NCBI RefSeq assembly: GCF_020745735.1 | Contig: NC_083421.1 | Location: 63,913,001-63,977,000, forward strand | From: Hemiscyllium ocellatum | Taxonomy: Eukaryota | Direction: 5' to 3' | DNA: 64,000 nt | In this document: positions 41,691-52,956 of the stretch, one piece after another | Numbering within the stretch: the first letter of the stretch is position 1 | Layout of the letters: the number at the start of each line of letters is the position of its first letter | Notes under the pieces: generated by a model | The model's database searches: none | The model's input: only the letters and a program-made list of their open reading frames with translations | Told to the model about the DNA's origin: nothing | Made by a program: the position numbers and the translations under genes

Positions 41691-41929
41691 AAAGTTATTG
41701 TTTCCCAACACTTGGATATAGTACCCAACAGTGTTGTACTTTGATCATTCATGGACAAGATCAGCTGTCACTTATTTCCTTGCAGATACGTTCTGATGTG
41801 TTCCTGCTCATCTGAGCAGGTTTTTGTTCTAGGATTATTTAACTGACACAGTTAATAACCCAAAAGTCTCCAATATGTCCAACACACAATTAAGCTCCTT
41901 CTAAAAACACTACCATCTCAGTGACACTA

Positions 41930-42270
41930 CTGCGTTAGATACAGAGTAAAGCTCCCTTTACACCATCCTAATCAAACACTCCATGTCAGGACAACACAAG
42001 GTTAGATACCATTGTAAAGCTTCTTCTACACTGTCCCTGTCAAACATTCTCAGGGTAGGTATAGCATGTAGTTAAATACAGAGTAAAGCTTCATCTAGAT
42101 TGTCACCATCAACCAGCTCCAAGGACAGTACAGCACCGGGTTAGGGACAGAGTAGCGCTTCTTCCAAGTTTTTAAATCAAAAGTAATGCTCCACCTACAC
42201 TGTGCCCATCAAACACCCCCCAGTGAAGGGAAAAGCAAGGGATTAGTTACAGGGTAGAGCACCCTCCACA
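41930..42270. repeat. Degenerate ~66-bp tandem array (gttagatacagagtaaagctccc...acactgtcc..atcaaacactc)
   Basis: About 5 diverged copies; dispersed monomers at about 18380, 41160 and 55215. Confidence 0.65.
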
Positions 42271-42339
42271 AACAGTTCTCAAGCATGGGCCTCAGAAATA
42301 GACACTAAATGCTGACCTGAAACTGTACAATCAGACAAG

Positions 42340-44590
42340 ATTGACTCATGACCACCTAGTGAAGGAGCTCCTTGGTTACAGTGATCATGATTAAGTGACA
42401 TTCAGTCTCAGGGACAAGAGTAGGAACACGCTGCTTGAGAGGGTGGTGGAGGCAGGTACTCTCACAGCATTTAAGCAGTATCTGGTTGAGCAAATGGCCT
42501 AATTCTGCTTCTGTATGTTAGGGCCTCTAATCTTAAGGACCAACCCTGGCTAACTAATGGCACTAACGATAGGATAGAAAATTGAAAGAAAGGCTGAGCA
42601 ATTCTGAAAAGGTGAATTGCAGGTTAGAAGGCTAGACAAAAGATAAAGAACAATAAAGAATAAATAACAGGTCAATGAGCAGGGTGTAATGAGGAGAACA
42701 CAACAGATACCCAGAGTTTCTCGAGGTATTTAAAACTAAAAGAATCTAAAAAAGTGAGTTTGAGCCCTTGAAAGAGGGGGTCTCGGGAATTGATCCTGGA
42801 AAATAAGGGAATATTGGCTGAGTTGAGATGTTTTACAGCTGTCTGCACTGAACATGATACACACAACATCCCAGAAACAACTGTGAATCAGGTGAAAGGG
42901 AGGAACTTAAACCATTCTATTCACCGGGCAAAGGGAACAGCAAAACTTCTTCTTGAGTTAAAATCTGACAAGGAGCAGCTGCTGAAATGGGAGAGATGTG
43001 GCTTTTTATTTTCCAAAATTATCTGCAGTCTGGAAAAGTCCCAGAGATTGGAAGCTAGTAACTCCTCTATTCAAGAAAGGCAGGTGACAGAAAGCAGGAA
43101 ACTACAGGCCAGTTAACCTATCATTGGTTATTGGGAAAATGCTGGAATCTTTTATTCAGGAGGATATAACCGAGCATTTGATATATCCAAATGCAATCAG
43201 GGAGAGTCAACGTAGTTTTGAGAAAGGAAAATTGTCTTTTCCTAATTTATTGAGTTTTTTTTCAGGAAGCAACAAGCAGTTTGGATAACGGGGAACCTCT
43301 GGAATGTGGTGTGTTTAGACTTTCAGTCGGCAGCGGACAAGGGGCCACTTCAGAGGACACCATGAAAATAAGAGCTCGTGGGATAGGGGATGGTATATTA
43401 TCGTGGAACAGAATTAAACATCTGTTCAATTCAGCTGTTATTCCCTTATTTTCCAGGATCAATTCCTGAGACCCTCTCTTTAGAGGATCCAAACTCCCTT
43501 TTTCAAATCCTTTTAGTTTTTAAATACCTCGTGTAACTCTGGATATCTGTTGTGTCTCTTATTCTCTTCATTCACTAACAGGAGATTGAAGAAGTAGAAA
43601 TGGATCATTTTTAGGTTAGTAAAAAGATACTGGTGGATTGACTCAGGAATCGGTGCTTGGATCTCAACTCTTTACAATCTTGATCAATAACTTAGAAGTG
43701 GGAATGAAACACACAGTTGCTAAATTTGCTGATGATACAAAGACAGGTAGGATAATAAGTTGTGAAGAGGACAGAAGGGGTCAGCAAAAGGATGGAGATT
43801 GACTAAGTGAGTGGATGACATTTGGCAGATTGACTGTAGTATAGCAAAGTGAGTTTATCCACTATGACAGGAAGAACAGAGGAGTATCTTTTTAAAATGA
43901 GGAGAGATTGCAAAACTTGGATGCACGGAGGGATCGGAGGGTTCTTGTCCGTGTATCACAAAGAATTATCATACAAGTGACTCAAAAAGCAAACAGAATG
44001 CTGACCTTTACTGCAAGGAGATAGAATCTAGAAGTATGGATCTGCTACAGTTGTACAGAGCTTTGGCGAAGCTAGATCTAGAGTACTATCTGCAGTTTTG
44101 GTTTGGTTTTTTGAAGAAATGATGCAAATGCATTAGAAGCAGGGCAGCGAAGGTGGAGTGGGAGGTGGGGTTATCCACAATGAAAGGACAAGCTGTGCCT
44201 GAGTTTAGAAGAATGAGAGGTGATCTTACTGAAACACATGATTCTGACAGGACGATGAGGGGCGGGGGTAGATGCTGAAAGGATGTTTCTCCTTATGGGA
44301 GAGATTAGAACCAGGGGGCAGAATTTCAAAATAAGAGGTCTCCCACGTCAGATGGAGATTAGAATTTTGTTTACTCTCAGGTCTTCGAGCCATCTACCCC
44401 AGATGCAAGGGAACTGAACTTTTCTTAAAGATAGAGATGGATCATCTTTACCAGCAAGGGAGTTAAAGGCTATCAGGGGTAGGCAGGATGTGGAGTTGAG
44501 GCTGGAATCAAGTCAGTCGTGAGCTTTTAAACTGGCGGAGCTGATTGAAGGGCCAAAGGATCTCATCCTGCTCCAAATTTGTCTGTATGC
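42340..44590 (+). mobile_element. Old CR1/L2-type LINE remnant
   Basis: Degenerate RT (gctaaatttgctgatgatacaaag = AKFADDTK) and 3' tail. Confidence 0.75.
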
Positions 44591-46534
44591 ATCTTTTGTG
44601 AAATACTTACAGACTCTGAATAATGATATTAACTTGATGCAAAATGTAAGCAGTATTGGTGCCTGACATTCCTGCCACCAGGGGATGAATGAAGGCAATC
44701 TCAAAGAACACTTTGAGCTAGTGTGCTTCCAATTAAACCTGTTGGACTATAACCTGGTGTTGTGTGATTTTTAACTCAAAGAACACTAGGAGACTCTCAC
44801 TGTTTTTCGAAGGCAGCGCTGAAATGATCAGGAATGGCAGCCTAGTTTATAATGGAACTGGCAGAGCTTCTCGTGGGACAGTGATAGTGACCCTAGCTCT
44901 AACCTAGAAGACCCAGGTTCAAGTCCAATTTGCCCCAGGGGCACATAACACATCCGACTAAGTTGGTTAAATATAATTTATATGGAATCAATTGGGCCAA
45001 GGATCCTTGAACCGTTACAGCCTGGAGGAGGCTAGTCGATCCAACAATGTACTATTTACCAATTACTGTACCATAAAACATTCAAAACCATAACACAAAA
45101 CCACAAAGAGTTAGCCGGCCAAACAAAAAATCTCATATTTCATCAAACAGGCAGGTTTTAAGAAGTATCTTAAAGATTCAAAGAGGGAGAGGGTATGGAG
45201 AGGAAATCCGAGAGTTCGGGATCCTGGCAGCTGAAGGCATAGTGCTAATAGTTGAATCATTATAATCAGAGGAATCTGGAACTCTTGAATTGGATGAAGC
45301 TCAAAAATGAGTGTTGTAGAGACAGGAGGGGTTAGAGATAGGAAGGGTTGCAGGAATTGGAGGAGGTAACAGAGGTAGGGAGGGGTAGGGGCCAGACATT
45401 ACAGAAATAAGGAGGGAAGTAGGGGCTGAAGGAGGTGACAGAGATAGGGAGGGGTGAGGTGATTATTATTTTTGTAAAAATGTGGAGTTTTTATTGGATA
45501 AAGATGGAGCTGAAGCTGGCAGGTAGTATTTGAGCTGGAAAAGATCCAGTCAAATCAGAAAACAGCAAGTCGGGAGCAGGGGATTGGAGTGCTGGGGGAG
45601 AAAGAATGTTGGTAGTTCAGATTAAGTGACCGGAATGTGAGAATGGCAGAAAAATAATGTACTGAAAACAACAAATGCTGGAGATCACAGCGGGTCAGAC
45701 AGCATCCATGGAGAGAGAGCAAGCTAATGTTTTGAGTCTAGTTGATTCTTCATCAGAGCGAAGTACAGTGTGGAGGGGACAGCATTTATGCTATAGTTGG
45801 GGCAGGGGCAGTAGTGGGTGTAGGGCGCTGAGGAGAAAAGATGTTGACAGTTTATTTTAAGTGATCAGAATGTGAGAATGGCAGAACAATCATGTGACTC
45901 CTAACAGACTTGAAAGGATAGACACTGTGATGGAGGGAGGGAAGAGAGGACATGATAACAAGCTAAAAGAAAGGGAAGAAAATAGGTGCATGAGTCAGGG
46001 GTAAATGTAGAGTAATAGGATAGGGGAATGCCTCTGGGAGTGTTACTCTTTAGAGGGTCAGTGTGGACTAGTTGGGCCAAATGGCCTGTTTCCACACAGT
46101 GGGGATTTTATGAAATGGGAATGATTCACTGTTTAAAGGTATTGAACTTAATATTAAGTCTAGAATGCTGTAAAGTGCCTTGTCTGAAGATGAGATGTTA
46201 TTCTGCCAGTTTGCGCTGTTATTCACTGGAACACTTCAACATGCCGAGGACAGACGTGTGTTAAAACGACAGGAAGGTCAGGGTCCTGCTGGCGTACAGA
46301 CTGGAGATGTTTTGCAAAGCAGTCATCCAGTCTGCATTTGGTTTCTCCAATGTAGAGTCAGCCACATTGGGTGCAGCAAAGACAATACACAAGGTTGGAG
46401 GAGGGACAGGTGAAAGGCTGCTTCACCTGGAAAGGCTGTTTTGGGCCCTTAGATAGGGAGCAGGGAGGAGGGGAGCGGGCAGAGGTTGCACCTTCTGCAG
46501 TTATATGGAAAGGTGCCGTCAGGGGGTGATTTTT

Positions 46535-46770
46535 TTTTAGATTAGATTAGACTTACAGTGTGGAAACAGGCCCTTTGGCCCAACAAGTCCACACCGACCC
46601 GCCGAAGCGCAACCCACCCATACCCCTACATTTACCCCTTACCTAACACTATGGGCAATTTAGCATGGCCAATTCACCTGACCCGCACATCTTTGGACTG
46701 TGGGAGGAAACCCACGCAGACACGGGGAGAATGTGCAAACTCCACACAGTCAGTCACCTGAGTCTGGAAC
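46535..46770 (-). mobile_element. HE1-type SINE (5'-truncated)
   Basis: Near-identical to 41380-41630. Confidence 0.85.
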
Positions 46771-46931
46771 TGACTGCCATTCAGTTCTGCCAGTCCATTC
46801 TCACATTCTGATTACTTAACTTGAAATATCAACATCCTTTCACCCACTGTGGGTGAAAGGATGTTGATATTTCAAGTCAAGCACCTCCCACCCCCACTAT
46901 TGCTTCAATGCACCCTCCACATTTCTCTTGA

Positions 46932-46968
46932 GCTCTGATGAAGAGTCATCTAGATTTGAAATGTTAGC
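46932..46968 (+). ncRNA. Hammerhead-like motif in the second PLE family
   Basis: GCU-CUGAUGA-A-GAGUC-AUCUA-GAUUU-GAAA-UG-UU-AGC; stem II pairs with G-U wobbles. Confidence 0.55.
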
Positions 46969-47109
46969 TTACTCTCTCTCCATGGATGCTGTCTGACCCA
47001 CTGTCCAGCATTTTGTTGTCTTCAGTACAGTTACCAGCATCTGCAGCAGATTGTTCAGAGAAGAACCCAGCCCCAGGGAGCTGCGGCTTATGACGCTGAG
47101 ACCAATTAC

Positions 47110-47540
47110 AGTCATAGAGATGTACAGCACGCAAGCAGACCCTTCGGTCCAATTCATCCATGACAAACTGTCTCTAATGACAGCAACCAGCCCATATCCC
47201 TCTAACCCATCCAGATACCTGTTAAATGTCTATACTGTAGGGAATCCAATCTAATGTAAAAACTGTTGTAATTGTACCAGCCTCCACCACATCCTCTGGC
47301 AGCTCATTCCACACAAACACCACCCTCTGTGTGAAACAGTTGCCCCTTAGGTCTCTTTTATATCGTTCCCCTCTCACCCTAAACCTGTCCCCTCTAGATC
47401 AGGACTCCCCCACCCCCAGGGAAAATACTTTGCCTATCACCCTGTCCATGTCCCTCATGATGTTATAATCCTCTATAAGGTCACCCCTCAGCCTCTGCTC
47501 CGGGAGAACAGCCCCGGCCTGTGCAGCCTCTCCCTCTCAG
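47110..47540 (-). mobile_element. CR1 3' fragment
   Basis: Reverse complement of the CR1 tail. Confidence 0.75.
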
Positions 47541-47619
47541 ACAGACCCAGATACCCCGCTCTCTCTCATCAGCCCACAGCACCACGTCCCTCCACCCCCG
47601 GACCCTCAGACACTGACAA

Positions 47620-48020
47620 CACCCCGGCCCCCGGGCCGCACCGAGCCCCCCGGCCCCCGGGCCGCACCGAGCCCCCCGGCCCCCGGGCCGCACCGAGCCC
47701 CCCGGCCCCCGGGCCGCACCGAGCCCCCCGGCCCCCGGGCCGCACCGAGCCCCCCGGCCCCCGGGCCGCACCGAGCCCCCCGGCCCCCGGGCCGCACCGA
47801 GCCCCCCGGCCCCCGGGCCGCACCGAGCCCCCGGGCCGCACCGAGCCCCCGGCCGCACCGAGCCCCCCGGCCCCGGGCCGCACCGGGCCCCCGGGCCGCA
47901 CCGAGCCCCCGGCCGCACCGAGCCCCCGGCCGCACCGAGCCCCCGGCCGCACCGAGCCCCCGGCCGCACCGAGCCCCCCGGCCCCCGGCCGCACCGAGCC
48001 CCCCGGCCCCCGGCCCCGGG
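47620..48020. repeat. GC-rich 26-bp minisatellite (ccccggcccccgggccgcaccgagcc)
   Basis: About 15 copies, CpG-dense. Confidence 0.93.
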
Positions 48021-48029
48021 GTTAGCCTG

Positions 48030-48260
48030 CCTCTCCCAGGGAATGCCCCACACGGTAGAATGCACCAGCCGGAGGATGTCGGAGCCCGCTCCTCCAGGCC
48101 CAGGCGCTATCCCACACATGCACCGCAGGGAAAACAGGACGCTCCATTTACCTCACGGGAACCCCCCGCCAGCTCCTGACGCTGGGCCCATAGAAAAGCC
48201 TGCGGCCCTTAGCAACTGGATCAAAGCTCGTTGCCAACGCCGTTTCCAGTGCATCCCGGG
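48030..48260 (-). promoter_or_regulatory. Putative INPP5E promoter / non-coding first exon
   Basis: Unique CpG-rich stretch upstream of INPP5E; donor GAG|gtaaat after 48152; RFX-like GGCCCTTAGCAAC at 48204-48216 and GTTGCCAAC at 48230-48238. Confidence 0.5.
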
Positions 48261-48266
48261 AAGGAG

Positions 48267-48372
48267 GAGGACTCATCCCAGCCATTCAGCTGCTATGCAT
48301 GCAGGGATACTGGAGGAGTCATCCCAGCCATTCAGCTGCTATGCATGCAGGGATACTGGAGGAGTCATCCCA
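48267..48372. repeat. 46-bp direct tandem duplication
   Basis: gaggagtcatcccagccattcagctgctatgcatgcagggatactg, about 2.3 copies. Confidence 0.85.
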
Positions 48373-48534
48373 GGGAGAATGATACAGTCAGTCTGCAGGT
48401 CTCCCCATTGTATCCAACAGCTGTTCAGGAGACAAGCAGCATCTGGGAACAGAAATCAGAATTAATGTTTCAGATCCAGTGATCCTTCCTCAGAATTGGC
48501 ACCGAAATGTTAACTCTGATTTCTCTGCACAGAT

Positions 48535-49500
48535 CCACATCCTGCACCTCCAACTGTAACAAGGACAGAACGCCCCTGGTGCTGACCTTCCGCGCTACCA
48601 ACCTTCGCATAAACCAAATCATCCGCCAACATTTCCGCCACCTCCAAACAGACCCCATCACCAGGGATATATTTCCCTCCCCACCCCTTTCCACCTTCCG
48701 CAAAGACCGTTCCCTCCGTGACTACCTGGTCAGGTCCACGCCCCCCTACAACCCACCCTCCAATCCTGGCACCTTCCCCTGCCACCACAGGAACTGTAAA
48801 ACCTGTGTCCACACCTCCTCCCTCACCTCTATCCAAGGCCCTAAAGGAGCCTTCCACATCCATCAAAGTTTTACCTGCACATCCACTAATAACATTTATT
48901 GTATCCGTTGCTCCCGATGTGGTCTCCTCTACATTGGGGAGACTGGACGCCTCCTAGCAGAGCGCTTTAGGGAACATCTCCGGGACACCCGTACCAATCA
49001 ACTACACCGCCCCGTGGCCCAACATTTCAACTCCCCCCTCCCACTCTGCCGAGGACATGGAAGTCCTGGGCCTCCTTCACCGCTGGTCCCTCACCATCAG
49101 ACGCCTGGAGGAAGAACGCCTCATCTTCCGCCTCGGAACACTTCAACCCCAGGGCATCAATGTGGACTTCAACAGCTTCCTCATTTCCCCTTCCCCCACC
49201 TCATCCTAGTTTCAAACTTCCAGCTCAGCACTGTCCCCTTGACTTGTCCGACCTTTTCCACCTATCCACTCCACCCTCTCCTCCCTGACCATCTTCATCC
49301 CCTCACCCATTGCACTCTATGCTACTTTCTCCCCACACCCACCCTCCTCTAGCTCATCTCTCCACGCTTCAGGCTCTCTGAAGGGCTTTTGCCTGAAATG
49401 TTGATTTCGCTGCACTTTGGATGCTGCCTGAACTGCTGTGTTCTTCCAGCACCACTAATCCAGAATCTGGATGCCAGCATCTGCAGTCATTATTTTTACC
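48535..49500 (+). mobile_element. Penelope-like element 3' part: Zn-knuckle + GIY-YIG endonuclease + terminal repeat
   Basis: RTPLVLTFRATNL...PCHHRNCKTC...IYCIRCSRCGLLYIGETGRLLAERFREHL; frameshifted tail EERLIFRLGTLQPQGINVDF. Confidence 0.9.
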
Positions 49501-49729
49501 TCTCAGATACAGCCAGACCTGCTGAGCTTTTCCAGCAATTTCTTGTATTTGTTTCTTACTTACAGCCTCCGCAGGTGTTTCGGTTTTTATTAAGGTTTTT
49601 ATTATTCTCCACAACTTGTTCAGCTCATTAGTATTTTGCTTTTCAAAGTTTTAAATAGGCAGGGAATCTCAAAATAAATAGAAAACGCTGCAAACTTCAG
49701 GTCCGGTATCAGGCAAGAGGATAAAGATA

Positions 49730-50935
49730 ACAGTCATAGCGATGTACAACACGTAAACTCGTCCATGCTGAACAGGTATCCTAAATTAATCTAGTCCCAT
49801 TTGGCCCATATACCTCTAAACCCTTCCTCTTCATTGACTCATCCAGATTCCTTTTAAATTCCTCCACCACCTCCTTAGGCAGCTCATTCCATACACAACA
49901 CCACCCTCTGTGTGAAAAAAGGTTGTCCCTTAGGTCTCTCAAATGCTTTCCCTCTCACCGTAAACCTTGGAATTTGGGCTCCCCTATGCCACAGAAAAGA
50001 TTTCAGCCTCCGATGCTCCAGGGAAAACAGCCCCAGCCTGTTCAGCTTCTCCCTGTAGCTCAAATCCTTCAACCCTGGCAAAATCCTTGTAAATCCTTTC
50101 TGAACTCTTTCAGGTTTCACAACATCCTAAAGCAGGGAGACCAGAATTGAACAAAATATTCCAAAAGTGGCTGAACCAATGTTCTGTACAGCCGCAACAT
50201 GACCTCCCAACTCCTGTACTCAATATCTTGACCAATAAAGGAAAGCATTCTAAACGCCTTCTTCACTATCCTGTCTACCTGTGGCACCACTTTCAAGGAA
50301 CTATGAACTTGCACTCCAAGGTCTCTTTGTTCAGCAACATTCCAGAGGACCTTATACATTTAATGGTAAGTCCTGAAAAACGTGTTGCTGGAAAACTGCA
50401 GCAGGTCAGGCAGCGTCCAAGGAGCAGGAGAATCGACGTTTCAGGAATGTTTCCTGATTAAGGGCTTATGCCCGAAACGTCGATTCTCCTGCTCCTTGGA
50501 TGCTGTCTGACCTGCTGCGCTTTTCCAGCAACACATTTTTCAGCTCTGATCTCCAGCATCTGCAGTCCTCACTTTCTCCTAATGTAAAAGTCCTAAGATT
50601 TGCTTTCCCAAACTGCAGCACCTCACATTTATCTGAATTAAACTCCATCTGCTACTTCTCAGCCCATTGGCCCATCTGATCAAGATCCCGTTGTAATCCG
50701 AGATAATCTTCTTCGCTGTCCACGACACCTCCAATTTTGGTGTCAACTGCAAACTTACTAACTATATCTCTTATGCTCACATCCAAATTATTTACATAAA
50801 TGATGAAACGTAGAGGACCCAGCAACAATCCTTGTGGCACTCCACTGATCACAGGTCTCCAGTCTGAAACCAACCCTCCACTGTCACCCTCTGTCTTTTA
50901 CCTTTGAGCCAGTTTTGAAATCAAACACCTAGTTC
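49730..50935 (-). mobile_element. CR1 3' fragment interrupted by a fold-back mini-element
   Basis: GVPQGLLLGP, SKFAVDTK, LEYFVQFWSP. Confidence 0.88.
50374..50580. mobile_element. PLE-derived fold-back mini-element with hammerhead-like core
   Basis: Inverted arms; core CTGATTA-AGGGCTTATGCCC-GAAACGTC at 50454-50481. Confidence 0.82.
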
Positions 50936-51812
50936 TCCATCTCAGCTGATGATGGTACAAGGGCTATTACATCCAGTAACATTAGACTATTCTTCAATTT
51001 TTAGTCTCTGATATCTTGTTAAACTTCAGCTTTTTCCCCAAATTTCCCAGACCTAAATTCCCTGATACCCATGAATCTCCTCAGAACTCACTCCTAGCTT
51101 TGACATCCACATCTAGTTCATGCAGAACTGGAGGCAAAAGAAGTGCCTGCAAGCCTGTTCAAATGTTGACTAGCACTCAGTGCAACCGGATTTAACAGGT
51201 AGCAAGTTGCGATTGTGAGCTCTTAACCAGATCAGATGTATACTTTGTCTACAAGTCAGAAGCTAAGAATACTGCAGTGAGTAACTCTCCTGACATCATC
51301 TGCAAGTGACAATTCAGGACTGTGGTGGAACTCTCCTCACTTACCTGGGTGGGTGCATCTCCAACACCATCCTGGTCAAGGTAATCATGTAAGTAGAGCT
51401 GCATCTAAGAGTTTCACCATTCACTCCCTCCACCACTGACACATTGCTAATGTTGCTGTGCTATCTACAAGGTACACTGCAGCAACTTACCAAGCCTACT
51501 TCAATCTCAATTGCAACTAGCAAAACCACATTCACTACCATCTAGAAGGACAAGGACAACAGATCGCATCATGTACAAGTTTCCTTGAAAGCTACACAGC
51601 AGACTGATAGCACCGCTCCTTCACTGCTGTTGGGTCCAAACGGGATTCTCCCTTCTCAGCTGCGCTGTTGGTGCCTCTCCACTGCTCACCATCATCTTAA
51701 GTGTAATTAGGGATAGGAATAAATACTAGCCTAACCAAGAATGTGTTTTAAAACAAAACTAACAAAACACAGACGGGGCAAGAGGTTGAAAATGTTCTAG
51801 AACACAAAATAT

Positions 51813-51818
51813 TTTATT
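51813..51818 (-). terminator. Probable SEC16A poly(A) signal (alternative at 52260-52265)
   Basis: AATAAA on the minus strand, followed by a T/GT-rich tract at about 51770-51745. Confidence 0.5.
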
Positions 51819-52887
51819 TCCTTTCAACAATTTACAGTGTGCATCCTTAAAACAAGAAAATAAACTTCTCAGCCAAGAGAGGAATCTGAATCTGAAATAT
51901 TGTGCAGTCGACATGAGGGGGTTCAGAGGGTACTAAACTACATGGGATAGAGGTGCACTACAGTTAAAGACTATAACGTGATACTGGGGGCAGAATCACA
52001 TTATTTGAGGGCTTTGAGATCAGATTTAATTCCATACAAAATTATTCCCAAATTACACTGCATTTCTGTGACGGTTTCAAATATTGCAGTTGGACAAAGC
52101 ACCTTCAGAATACTGTTTGAAAGAGACAGGGTGCAGGGGGGATAATCGTTCAAGGGGACCAAGCCCCTCCCAGCTCATCTGCACGTTCTCTTCTCCCATG
52201 TCCGTTGGATCTTCTCCCAGAATAAGAGAAAGATAGCATTGATATTGCACATGTTAATATTTATTCACACAGTCCTCCAGATATTTTAACGTATTAATGT
52301 ACAACAGATGGGTCTGGCTATACAATACTCTTACAGCAGCCTTTTATATATATTATCTAAATACAAATCATCAGGGTCAATCTTCCAGCATTTCTCCGCC
52401 CTTACCCCAACCTAACCCCCCCCCCCCCCTCCCAAAACAAACTTTTCTCATTTAAAATGGACAGTTCTAGAATTAAAGAATCACTTGGTGCTGAGTGTCT
52501 TTGTGGATGTGCCAGGATCTGGTCGACACCAACTCCACCTGGCAACAGATGCTCTGACATTTACAGTCACGTTTGGAGGGTGTGTTTTTTTTCTTAGATC
52601 ATGTTGCATTGTAATTTATGTCATGTAGCTACAGCTGTTGTTAGACTGGATTTTATTATTTAATCAATAAACCAGGGATAAACAATTACATTTCCTTCAG
52701 ATTTTAGTCCCTCAACTCACCCTCAGAAGAATTTGCAATTATTGGCACTTCTGGAGGGCAAGAACTGTTTAAATGACACACCACTCCAGTTTAATCATTT
52801 GTAACTGCAAACATCACAGCACATCACTTGCACTGTCCCCAGAAGGGGTTGAAAATTCCATTCATTTCAGGATTCATTCTAAGACTT

Positions 52888-52956
52888 TCAGTTTAATGCT
52901 GGATATTTCCTCTGCCTGAACCTTCCTGGTCGAGAGCCGGACGTTCCTGCCGAGGG
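52888..52956 (-). CDS. SEC16A: SEC16A last coding exon PSAGTSGSRPGRFRQRKYPALN*
   Basis: tttgcag| acceptor; stop TGA at 52890-52888. Confidence 0.9.
   Translation of the reverse strand, partial: PSAGTSGSRPGRFRQRKYPALN

Larger units (their letters stand above)
45660..47050. mobile_element. Decayed PLE (second family) bounded by inverted terminal repeats, with a nested HE1 SINE
   Basis: 45665-45760 is the reverse complement of about 46931-47030; decayed GIY-YIG region on minus at about 46130-46520. Confidence 0.65.

Noticed and set aside
47481-48119. Gly/Ala/Arg-rich ORFs on the minus strand
   Set aside because: Translations of the 26-bp GC minisatellite
48507-49352. 281-aa ORF with GIY-YIG as a possible domesticated gene
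   Set aside because: 5'-truncated PLE with no RT, a frameshift before the conserved C-terminus and no authentic ATG
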